Positions 33,595-42,116 of a stretch of 64,000 nt of DNA are shown piece by piece (the stretch's first letter is position 1; each line of letters opens with the position of its first letter). The notes below the pieces were generated by a model, which saw only the letters and a list, made by a program, of their open reading frames with translations, did not search any database and was not told where the DNA came from. Location: positions 208,210-272,209 of the forward strand of contig JBEKZP010000001.1 of NCBI GenBank assembly GCA_049509755.1, given 5' to 3'. Position numbers and translations under genes: made by a program. Source of the stretch: Terriglobales bacterium. GTDB taxonomy: Bacteria; Acidobacteriota; Terriglobia; Terriglobales; Acidobacteriaceae.

Positions 33595-34644
33595 TTACCA
33601 CCGCAACAGCACCACCTCGGAGCTGAATCCCGGTCCCAAGGCGGCGAGCACGCTGTAGGAACCCGGGGCGCCGCGCCGTCGTGCCAGAAAATCCTGCAGC
33701 ACGCACAACACCGATGCCGAGGAGAGATTGCCGACGCGGCGCAAGCACTCCCACGACGCATCCAGCGCGCCGTCGGGCAATTCCAGCGTGTCCTGCACCG
33801 CCTCCAGGACCTTGGGGCCGCCGGTGTGAAGGATCCAGCTGGTGATGTCCTTGCGGCTGAGGCCGTGATCGGAGAGGAAAGTATCAACGTCGGAACGCAA
33901 GTGCTCTTTCACCACCTTGGGAACATCGGGCGAGAGCACGATGCGGAAGCCTTTCTCGGAAATGTCCCACCCCATGACCTCCTCGGTATCGGGATAGAAC
34001 ACGGAACGGGTATCGACAATCTGCACGCCCGGCAGCCCGCTCTCTGCGCCCACGATCACCGCGGCGGCGGCGCCATCGCCGAACAGGCCGGTGGCAACCA
34101 GGTTGGCGGCGGAAACGTCGTCGCGGCGCCAGGTGAGCGAGCACAATTCCACGCACAGCACCACCGCAATCTGCTTGGGGAAGGCGCGCACGTAGTCGGC
34201 GGCGCGCGCGATGCCGGCCGCGCCTGCGACGCAGCCCAGGCCGAAGATCGGAACGCGCTTGATGTTGGACGACAGCCCCATGCGGTTGATCAGCTTGGCG
34301 TCCAGCGATGGGCTGGCAATGCCCGTGACCGACGCGACATAGAGCGCATGGATGTCGGAGGGAGCGATGCCCAGCGGCGTAATGGCGCGGCAAATTGCCT
34401 GGTAACCGAGCTCCTCTGCATTTTCGATCCACAGCGAGTTCGCTTTTCCCCAGGTGTCCACGCCGGCGTAGGCTTCGGTGGGCAGGACCAGGTGCCGCTG
34501 CTCCACGCCGGTGCGCGCGTGCAGGCGCTCCAGAAGCTCAGGGCGTTCGAGCCGCTCGCCCCAGTAGTCCTTCAACGCGGCGACAATCGCCGGCTGGCCG
34601 TAGACGTATTGTGGAAAGGCGCTGGCAGCGCCGGCTATTCTCAT
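33595..34644 (-). CDS. Type III polyketide synthase (chalcone/stilbene synthase family)
   Basis: Catalytic Cys in FGLGCVAGAAG, His in HTGGPKVL and Asn in GNLSSASV. 349 aa. Confidence 0.85.
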   Translation of the reverse strand: MRIAGAASAFPQYVYGQPAIVAALKDYWGERLERPELLERLHARTGVEQRHLVLPTEAYAGVDTWGKANSLWIENAEELGYQAICRAITPLGIAPSDIHALYVASVTGIASPSLDAKLINRMGLSSNIKRVPIFGLGCVAGAAGIARAADYVRAFPKQIAVVLCVELCSLTWRRDDVSAANLVATGLFGDGAAAAVIVGAESGLPGVQIVDTRSVFYPDTEEVMGWDISEKGFRIVLSPDVPKVVKEHLRSDVDTFLSDHGLSRKDITSWILHTGGPKVLEAVQDTLELPDGALDASWECLRRVGNLSSASVLCVLQDFLARRRGAPGSYSVLAALGPGFSSEVVLLRW

Positions 34645-34787
34645 TGTCCACCGGAAACGAGGAACTCACCCACACCCTTTGCGGGAGTTGTTATTTAGTG
34701 TAAACGCGAGCCGCCGGCAAAAGTTGTCGTTGGTCCCAGGTTGCTCTCCATGATCAAAAGAAGCTCGGCGCTGGCGCAGGTTACACC

Positions 34788-35621
34788 TTATTGCAGCTTC
34801 GCCAGTTCGTTCCTGTAGAGGCGATTCTGCGGGAAGTTGGCCGCCAGGTCCTGCAGCAAGGCGCGCGCGCGAATGCGGTCGTTGTCGCGCAGCGCGGCGA
34901 CGGCGAGCAGCAGGCGCGCATAGGGCAGCAGGTAATGTCCTTTATCGGCGGTGATGCGCAATTTCTCAATGCCGATTGCCTTGTCGGTCTCCGCGCCCGA
35001 GATGCGCAGGAGCCAGCGCACCGGCGCCGGTTTCAGGCTGAGCAGATAATTCTCGACGCCCACCGCCAGGTACGCGTCATAGCAGGCTGGATTGGCCGCC
35101 AACAAACGCTCTGCGATGGAGCGGCCCTCTTTCATCAACTTCAGCGCCTGGTAATCCCGCTTCTCGATCAGCGCCAGGTAATCGCCTTCCAGGCCGTACG
35201 CCAGCACGTCGGAGAACAACGCGTTGACGTCGTGAGGATCGCGCGCCAGCGCTTGTTGCGCGAGCTGGCGTGCCTTTGCCAGTTGCGATGCAAACGCCCG
35301 CTTCAATTCCGCGTTGGGAGCCGGCCGCGAACGGCTCTCGAATTTCTGGTCGTCGACGAACAGTTCGCTTTCCAGGATGTGCAGGCGGTCGAATTCGGTA
35401 AACAGGTAAGCGGCGGCGTCGGAAACCGGGCCCAGGGGATCGTCTGGATGTTCCTGCTGCCAGTTCTGGAAGGCCTTGTGCGCCTCGTCGAATTGCAGGT
35501 TGTACATGTGGCGATAGCCGGCATCCAGGGCCGGTTGCGTTTCGGCGGCGAGAAGCGGCGCCAACGCCAGGCTTGCCATGGCTGCCACTACGGCCGCGAA
35601 TTTGCGGGAACGCGTCATCAT
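34788..35621 (-). CDS. Secreted hypothetical protein (alpha-helical, TPR-like)
   Basis: Signal peptide MTRSRKFAAVVAAMASLALAPLLA. No family was recognised. Confidence 0.5.
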   Translation of the reverse strand: MMTRSRKFAAVVAAMASLALAPLLAAETQPALDAGYRHMYNLQFDEAHKAFQNWQQEHPDDPLGPVSDAAAYLFTEFDRLHILESELFVDDQKFESRSRPAPNAELKRAFASQLAKARQLAQQALARDPHDVNALFSDVLAYGLEGDYLALIEKRDYQALKLMKEGRSIAERLLAANPACYDAYLAVGVENYLLSLKPAPVRWLLRISGAETDKAIGIEKLRITADKGHYLLPYARLLLAVAALRDNDRIRARALLQDLAANFPQNRLYRNELAKLQ

Positions 35622-37026
35622 TACAAGTTCACGGCCCGGCGCGCCAGCCCCAGCGCGTCCGACCAAAACGTGCCCGAAGAATGCACCGCGTCCACCACGT
35701 CGCGCACGGCAGCCACAAATTCATCCAATTGCCATTCGGCGACCACCAGCGGGGGCGCCACCTTCAGCACCATGAAGTCATTGCCGCAGATCTGCGTCAG
35801 CATGTTCTTGTCGTTGAACAGCCGCATCACCAGCATCTGTCCGAACATGCCGGGGTGAATCTTCTTAAACGCTCGAAGGCCATGCGCAACCGCAGTTGCC
35901 GGGGCGCACTGAATTCGATGCCGCACATCAGCCCCGCGCCGCGAATTTCCTTCACCATCTCATAGCCGGACAAAGTATCGCGCAACCGGTCCCGCACGGC
36001 GGCGCCCAGGCGCTCGGCCCGCTCCGCGAGATGCTCCTGCTCCAGCACCTGCAGCGTGGCCAGACCGGCGCGCATGGCGAGCGCGTTTTCGCTGAAGGTG
36101 GATGTATGCACGATGGCGCGTTTCAGGGAGTCGTAAACCGATCCATAGACCGCCTCCGACATCAGCACCGCGCCGCTGGGAACCAAGCCGCCGCTGAGCG
36201 CTTTGGCCAGCACCACCATGTCAGGCTCGACGCCGTAGTGATGAGCGGCCAAAAACTTGCCGGTGCGGCCGAGCCCGGTTTGCACTTCGTCCAGCACGAA
36301 CAACGTACCGTGCTTGCGGCAGAGAGCTTGTGCGCGCGACAGGTAGTCGCTGCCGGGCAGGCGAATGCCGCCCTCCCCCTGAATAGGCTCGAGAATCAGG
36401 GCGGCAAATCGCCGCGTGCGCAGTTTGTCTTCCAGCGCTTCGACGTTGCCGAACCCGATCGCTTCCGTATCGGGCAGCAGCGGGCCAAAGCCATGGCGCC
36501 AGAAGGGTGCGCCCATCAGCGACAGGGCGCCGCAGGTCAGGCCGTGGAACGCGCCCTGGGCGTACAGCATCCCCGACCGGCCGGTATGCGCGCGCGCAAA
36601 CTTGATGACCGTCTCCACGCCCTCGCTGCCGGAACTGCAAAAGAAGACCTTCGACAGCCGTCCTCCGGCGCGGTCGCACAACTGCTCCGCCAATTCGCCG
36701 GCCAGTTCCGGCACGTGGCTTTGCAGCATCGCCGGCCCGGACCGAGCCAGCTCGTCGGTGAGCGCCGCGACGATGTGCGGGTGATTGTGCCCGGTGTTGT
36801 GGACGCAGTAGCCGGAAAGGAAATCAAGAATCGTGCGCCCGTCGGAGGTGTGCAACTCGGCGCCGCTGCAGCGCTGGTAGCGCACATTCATGCGCAGCAG
36901 GTCGAGCAGCTTCACCCACTGCGGATTGACGTGGCGGCGGTACGAATCGGAGTGCTGTTCAATCGATGCGTCGATGGCCGGCGCCTCGGCGGCGCTTGCT
37001 TGCTTAATTGTCATGAATCCTGCCAC
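35621..37026 (-). pseudogene. Class-III (ornithine/acetylornithine/GABA-type) aminotransferase interrupted by a -1 frameshift near 35864-35870. It may instead be an intact gene with a sequencing error
   Basis: ORF 35827..37026 carries the PLP-lysine region (LDEVQTGLGRTGK) and ends abruptly. ORF 35621..35926 in another frame carries the conserved C-terminus (KKIHPGMFGQMLVMRLF...). The two join if one A is added to the AAA run on the plus strand. Confidence 0.6.
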
Positions 37027-37142
37027 GGAAAAGATGTTTGAGAATGGAAACCCGCGGTCCGGACAAGAGTTGCGGAAAGAGAGGGCTGCCGTTGCCCGGC
37101 AGCCCCTTGTTTAACGCGAAATTAGCGGTCGTTGTGAGGTAC

Positions 37143-39164
37143 TCAGTATTGCTTCTGGGCGATGCCCACCAGCACCCGGGTGCCGTCCGACTCCAGGAAC
37201 AGCGCGTCGCTGCTATCGGCGACGTACAGGTTCATCGTAGCGGAACTGAACGCAGTTGAATTGGTCGTGAGCGTTGCCGAGCCGTGGCCCGACACTCCCA
37301 CCAGGTACGAACCTGACAGCGCGGCGGAGTGCACGAGTATGCCGTTATCGCTGATGTCCACCGAACTCGTGTTGAGCGCGCTGCCGCCGTTCGGGACCAT
37401 TTGACCGACCAGGTCCTCCTCGCCAGGAATCACGACAAAGTCAGTGCCGGTGAAATTGAAGGCGTAGATACCCTGGAACGACCCGCCGCTGAACGGCCCC
37501 AGGCTTTGGGCCAACGCCCTGCCGGCAACGACATTCGAGGTATCAATCTCCACCATGCTCAAGGCGCCGTTGATCTGCGGGTAGAACACGTAGAGCAGGG
37601 TTGAAGCGCCGACGGTCAGCGTCGCTGTGGTCCTTCCGGTAGTTGCGTCAGCCACGTTGTACGTGCCCGACACGGAGCTGGTTGTCGGAGGGGTGAAGCC
37701 GTCATTCGTATCGATTGTCCCGCTGGTGACGTTGCCGGCGCTGAGCGTGAGCACTCCACCCTCGCCGAACGCACCGCGGCTGGTGGACCCGAGGAACGCG
37801 AAGGCAAACCCGCCGCGAACGCTGGCATTGGTAAATGGACCGGCCGGCTGCTTGTAGACGTCGCCGACCAGTTGCGCGAGCAAGTCCGTCTCGACAACCT
37901 TCACATGCGTTGCGTCCACGATGTAATACACCAGGTTCTGGGTCAGAAATGTGCTGGTGACGGTCAGCGTGCCGCGGCCCGCCGCAGCGGATGGAGCGGT
38001 ATAGGTGCCGGTCAGGCTCAGGCCAGGTAACGGACTGCTGGCGTTGTTGACGTCCAGCGCGCCGCCGCTGATGACCCCGCCATTCGCGGTGAACGCGCCC
38101 GCCATCGCCAGCGATCCGGGTTTGCCGCTGCCGTTCGCGCCCGAGAGATTGAAGGAGTAATTTCCGGTGACCCCGGCCAGCGTGAATTGCGACGCATCCT
38201 GAAGCTCCAACACGCCGCTGGCGCTCTGCACTCCGGAGTCGAATCGTTCCACGAAAGCGCGGGAGTGGTTCACTACCGCCAATCGCCAAATCTCGGTGTT
38301 CGATGCATCCAATACGCTGCCACGCCCGTCCGTGCCTACGTGGTAAGTCCATCCGGGACCAATCGCTGGGCTTGATGCGACGCCACCGCTGTTGACGTCT
38401 TCCGTGCCGCCGGTGACGGTGCCGTTGCCGTCGAAGCTGATGCTGCCGGCCGCCACATAGGACGCGCCCGCATTCTGGCCGGATAAGGTGAAGGCGTATT
38501 TCCCGTTCAAAGTGCCGGGGGAGAATTGCACCGTGATCACGGCGCCGGCCGGCGGCACGCTGTTGTCTTTCGCCGCGGCGCCCAAGCTCACGTTTCCGCC
38601 CGGCGGCGGCGACGGTGGCGCGGTGTACACGCCCGCCGTGGTGATGGTTCCGCAAGCGCCCGGCACCGCGGATTGGCAGTTCAGTGTCCAATTCACCGCG
38701 ATGGGGATATTGCTCACCGTCGCCGAGAATGTCTGTATTCCGCCGGCGGGCATGGTTACCGGGTTGGGGCTGACCGTCAATGGCGTCGCAGTCGCGGGCG
38801 CGAGGATCGTCACCTGTACGGAGATCGTTACGGAGGTGTCCGCTTGCGACACCGCGGTGACGGTGACCGCGGCTGGATTCGGAACATTGCTGGGCGCGGT
38901 GAACAACCCGGTCGAGGAGATGAACCCGACCGTCGAATTGCCCCCGACGACGCCGTTCACCGACCACGACAAGGCCGTGTTCGCGGTGTTGGTGACCGTG
39001 ATCGTGAACTGCTGCGTCAACCCGGTGGTTACCGACGCCGATGTCGGCGAAATGGAGAGGGTTACCGCGGTTGTCGATGTCGAACTACTACTGCCGCCAC
39101 AAGCCGCCAGTACGGCGAGGATCAGAAACACCACAACCCCGGACAAGATGACCCGTTTCATCAA
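37143..39164 (-). CDS. Large lipoprotein with N-terminal bacterial Ig-like domains and repetitive beta-rich C-terminal modules
   Basis: Lipobox LAVLAACGG, then Thr/Ser/Val-rich repeats (TVTAVSQADTSVTISVQV, etc.). The GC content looks lower than in surrounding genes. Confidence 0.6.
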   Translation of the reverse strand: MMKRVILSGVVVFLILAVLAACGGSSSSTSTTAVTLSISPTSASVTTGLTQQFTITVTNTANTALSWSVNGVVGGNSTVGFISSTGLFTAPSNVPNPAAVTVTAVSQADTSVTISVQVTILAPATATPLTVSPNPVTMPAGGIQTFSATVSNIPIAVNWTLNCQSAVPGACGTITTAGVYTAPPSPPPGGNVSLGAAAKDNSVPPAGAVITVQFSPGTLNGKYAFTLSGQNAGASYVAAGSISFDGNGTVTGGTEDVNSGGVASSPAIGPGWTYHVGTDGRGSVLDASNTEIWRLAVVNHSRAFVERFDSGVQSASGVLELQDASQFTLAGVTGNYSFNLSGANGSGKPGSLAMAGAFTANGGVISGGALDVNNASSPLPGLSLTGTYTAPSAAAGRGTLTVTSTFLTQNLVYYIVDATHVKVVETDLLAQLVGDVYKQPAGPFTNASVRGGFAFAFLGSTSRGAFGEGGVLTLSAGNVTSGTIDTNDGFTPPTTSSVSGTYNVADATTGRTTATLTVGASTLLYVFYPQINGALSMVEIDTSNVVAGRALAQSLGPFSGGSFQGIYAFNFTGTDFVVIPGEEDLVGQMVPNGGSALNTSSVDISDNGILVHSAALSGSYLVGVSGHGSATLTTNSTAFSSATMNLYVADSSDALFLESDGTRVLVGIAQKQY

Positions 39165-39376
39165 TCACTCCTGACTAGTGCCGAAGAATGCCGATCACGT
39201 TGCGAAATGCTGGAAATGCATTATCTGCGCCCGGCTCGGTTTAATTCAAGCGGCGTGCGCTGCGCAGCATTAACCCGCCTCGATGGAGGGGGACTCGTAG
39301 GCCACTTCCTTAATCGAAACTTAATTATGCGCCATGAATCTGATGATCGACTATGCTCCACCGCAACGGGTGACGG

Positions 39377-39652
39377 ATGGCAGCCACATTGCTTACCGTT
39401 GCGCTGGTGCTTGCGGCGTACTTCCTCGGCGTCCAGCAGAGTCAGGCCATTCCCAACCTGCGCTCGCAGCACAGTCAACCGGCAGTTCGCATGCCATCGC
39501 AGCAAGTGGCGGTGACAGCACAAGGCAAGACTTTCCACCGCGCCGATTGCCCGTTCATCCAAGGTCCGGTAAAGATGGTGGACGCCCAAACTGCAGCCCA
39601 ACAAGGTTACGTTCCGGATCCCCGCTGCATGCACGAAGCGCTGGGGAAATAG
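39377..39652 (+). CDS. Small secreted protein (91 aa) with two Cys. Hypothetical
   Basis: Signal-peptide-like N-terminus MAATLLTVALVLAAYFLGVQQSQA. It is followed by a tandem GCCTTGG repeat and lies in an otherwise empty 690-bp divergent intergenic region. Confidence 0.35.
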   Translation: MAATLLTVALVLAAYFLGVQQSQAIPNLRSQHSQPAVRMPSQQVAVTAQGKTFHRADCPFIQGPVKMVDAQTAAQQGYVPDPRCMHEALGK

Positions 39653-39659
39653 GACCACG

Positions 39660-39725
39660 GTCTAGCACAACCGGCCCGCATTGCCTTGCGCCTTGGGCCT
39701 TGGGCCTTGAGCCTTGTTACCGTGT
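39660..39725. repeat. Tandem GCCTTG(G/A) heptamer repeat
   Basis: gccttgcgccttgggccttgggccttgagccttg. Confidence 0.6.
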
Positions 39726-39853
39726 CACCCCTGACACACTCGTGTCCAGCCGGACACATCCTTCCCTGAAATTATTAGCGTAACTATCACCCCATCAACA
39801 GCTTACGTTCTGGCCGCTGTTGTGCCCTATGCCTAAGCCGAGAGGCAAAGGCG

Positions 39854-40423
39854 ATGAGCAAGATCAACGGCAACTCGAACCGGATGGCGAAGGCGAAGTG
39901 GATCCTGGCGGTCCTGCTGATGGTCACCGCCGACGCTCTGGCGCAGAAACAGCAGCCCGCACGCCAGGTGCTGGTCAGCATCCCCGACCGCAAGCTCGCA
40001 GTCGTGGAAGACGGCCGCGTGCTCAAGATGTTCCCGGTTGCGGTCGGCGCCGACGACAGCCCCAGCCCCGATGGCGAGTTCCAGATCGTCAACCGCCTCA
40101 GCAACCCGACCTACTACCACCCGGGCAAGGTGATCCCCGCCGGGCCGGCCAACCCGCTGGGCTCGCGCTGGATTGGCCTGAGCCTCAAGGGATACGGCAT
40201 TCACGGCACGAACGCGCCGCGCTCCATCGGCAAGGCCGCCTCGCATGGCTGCATCCGCATGGCGAAGCGCGACCTCGAGCAGTTTTTCGAGATGGTGCGC
40301 GTGGGCGACACGGTGGTCATTCGCGCCGAGGCTGACGAACAAACGGCGCAGATTTTCAGCTCGACCGAAACGGTTGTCGCGCAGGCGGAGACGGCTTCGA
40401 ACAGTGCCGCGGACGGTCAGTAA
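39854..40423 (+). CDS. L,D-transpeptidase (YkuD domain)
   Basis: Signal peptide and the catalytic SHGCIRM motif. Confidence 0.85.
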   Translation: MSKINGNSNRMAKAKWILAVLLMVTADALAQKQQPARQVLVSIPDRKLAVVEDGRVLKMFPVAVGADDSPSPDGEFQIVNRLSNPTYYHPGKVIPAGPANPLGSRWIGLSLKGYGIHGTNAPRSIGKAASHGCIRMAKRDLEQFFEMVRVGDTVVIRAEADEQTAQIFSSTETVVAQAETASNSAADGQ

Positions 40424-40462
40424 GGATCGCGGACTACGAACTACGGACTACCGACTACGAAA
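40424..40462. repeat. Tandem CTACGRACT-type short repeat
   Basis: ggactacgaactacggactaccgactacgaaag. Confidence 0.5.
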
Positions 40463-40476
40463 GACAGGAGAACGCC

Positions 40477-40656
40477 ATGCAAGACGCAATGACAGCAACG
40501 GTGGCGGTAGCCGGGCTTTTCTTCTCGATCATGTGCGCGCTGCTGCTGGAGGAATTCATTTTCGGCGGACTGTTCCACCTGCTGCGTCCGATGCGGCGCA
40601 ATGCGGCCCGGCCGCGTCCGCAAGACGATCTTTTCGGCAACTCGGAATTGAAGTAA
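40477..40656 (+). CDS. Small single-pass membrane protein (59 aa) directly upstream of the SPFH gene. It is not in the ORF track
   Basis: An AGGAGA RBS 6 nt upstream of the ATG; MQDAMTATVAVAGLFFSIMCALLLEEFIFGGLFHLLRPMRR... Its stop lies 11 nt before the SPFH start. Confidence 0.5.
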   Translation: MQDAMTATVAVAGLFFSIMCALLLEEFIFGGLFHLLRPMRRNAARPRPQDDLFGNSELK

Positions 40657-40667
40657 CGGAGGAAGAT

Positions 40668-42116
40668 ATGCTCGCACTGAAGTATTTGCTGCTGGCCGGC
40701 GCGATCGGGATGTTCATCGCCGCGCTCGCCATCGTGGCGTACGATTTGTACGTCGAACTCCAGCACCGCCGCGGCCTCACTCGCGGCACCACCGGCTACC
40801 CTGAACCCGAACCCCTGCGCTGGCGCACCGCGGTCGCGCTGGTCGCCGTCGCCTGGGCGCCGCTGCTCATCGCCCTGAGCATCATCGTGGTCCCTAGCGG
40901 GATGGCTGGCGTGCGCGTCAGCCAGGTTATGGGGACGCGTCCCGGAACGCTCTACCCCGGCGTGCACCTGGTCAAGCCGTTCATCGATCAGGTGGAGATG
41001 TTCGACACGCGCGACCACCTCTACACCACCGGCGTAAGCAGCGAAGTCGCAAAATCCATGGACAAGAAGAAGCCCGAGCCCTTGAACGTGCAGGCGAAAG
41101 AAGGCCTGACGCTCGGACTCGCCATCACCGTGCGCTACAGCCTCGATCCCAACCGCCTCGACCACATTCAGAGCCACTTGCCGCAACCGGTGGACACCGA
41201 ACTGGTGCCGCCGGTGGTGGCCAGCGCGTGGCGCGAACTGGTGCCCAATTACACCGTGCGCGACGTCTTCTCCGCCAAGCGGGAAGAGGTCCGCCAGCGC
41301 GCGGAAAAAATCATCACCCAGAAGCTCGGTCCCGACGGCATCCGCGTCAAGGAAGTCATGCTGCGCGACATCCAGCTCCCCCCGGAGTACTCCAAAGGCC
41401 TGGAAACGCTGCTGCTGCGCGAGCAGGAGAACGACCGCATGGGCGTGGAAACCGAGATCCAGCAGAAGCAGGTGCGCATCTCCGAACTTCAGGCGGAAGC
41501 GCAAAAAGTGCGAGAAGTGAAAGGCGCCGAAGGTCAGGCCCAGGTCCGCGTGCTGCAGGCCAAGGGCGAATCCGACGCCATGCAGTACACCTTGCCGCTG
41601 AAGCAGAAGCAGATCGAGCAATCGCGCCTGGAAGCCGAAGCGCGCAAGGAAACCACCATCAAGAACGCCGAAGCCGCCGCGCAAGCCAAGGTGATTGACA
41701 GCAAGGCGGAACTGGAACGGCGCAACCTGCTCGCCGATGCCGAGGCCAACCGCATCCGCGTCACCGCCGCCGCCGACGCCGAGCGCATGAAGTCGGAAGC
41801 GCTGGTGCTCAAGCAGAATCCGCTGCTCATCAACAAGATCGTGGCCGAGCGCCTCTCCGACAAGATCCAGGTGATGATGGTTCCTTCCGACGGAAAATTC
41901 TTCTTCGCCAACGACGTGTTCCGCGGCATGGGCGCGCCGCCGCAGTCCGGCTGCGCGCATGCCTTCGGCAGAGAGGAAATGATTTCGTTGCTAACCCTAC
42001 CGGGAGCGAAAAGGGTAGGGCAACCTCAAGTGTTCTGGTCGAGGAAAGGACGAGCCAGCCCCCTGCATGATTTCACGCCGGATTCTCATTACCGCGAGGA
42101 AGTCTGTGCCTCTTGA
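40668..42116 (+). CDS. SPFH/band-7 (stomatin/flotillin-like) membrane protein with a long C-terminal coiled coil. The ORF track starts at 40245; the GGAGG RBS supports 40668
   Basis: N-terminal TM helix, an SPFH core (VRVSQVMGTRPGTLYPGVHLVKPFIDQVEMFDTRD), then E/A/K/Q-rich heptads. Confidence 0.8.
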   Translation: MLALKYLLLAGAIGMFIAALAIVAYDLYVELQHRRGLTRGTTGYPEPEPLRWRTAVALVAVAWAPLLIALSIIVVPSGMAGVRVSQVMGTRPGTLYPGVHLVKPFIDQVEMFDTRDHLYTTGVSSEVAKSMDKKKPEPLNVQAKEGLTLGLAITVRYSLDPNRLDHIQSHLPQPVDTELVPPVVASAWRELVPNYTVRDVFSAKREEVRQRAEKIITQKLGPDGIRVKEVMLRDIQLPPEYSKGLETLLLREQENDRMGVETEIQQKQVRISELQAEAQKVREVKGAEGQAQVRVLQAKGESDAMQYTLPLKQKQIEQSRLEAEARKETTIKNAEAAAQAKVIDSKAELERRNLLADAEANRIRVTAAADAERMKSEALVLKQNPLLINKIVAERLSDKIQVMMVPSDGKFFFANDVFRGMGAPPQSGCAHAFGREEMISLLTLPGAKRVGQPQVFWSRKGRASPLHDFTPDSHYREEVCAS

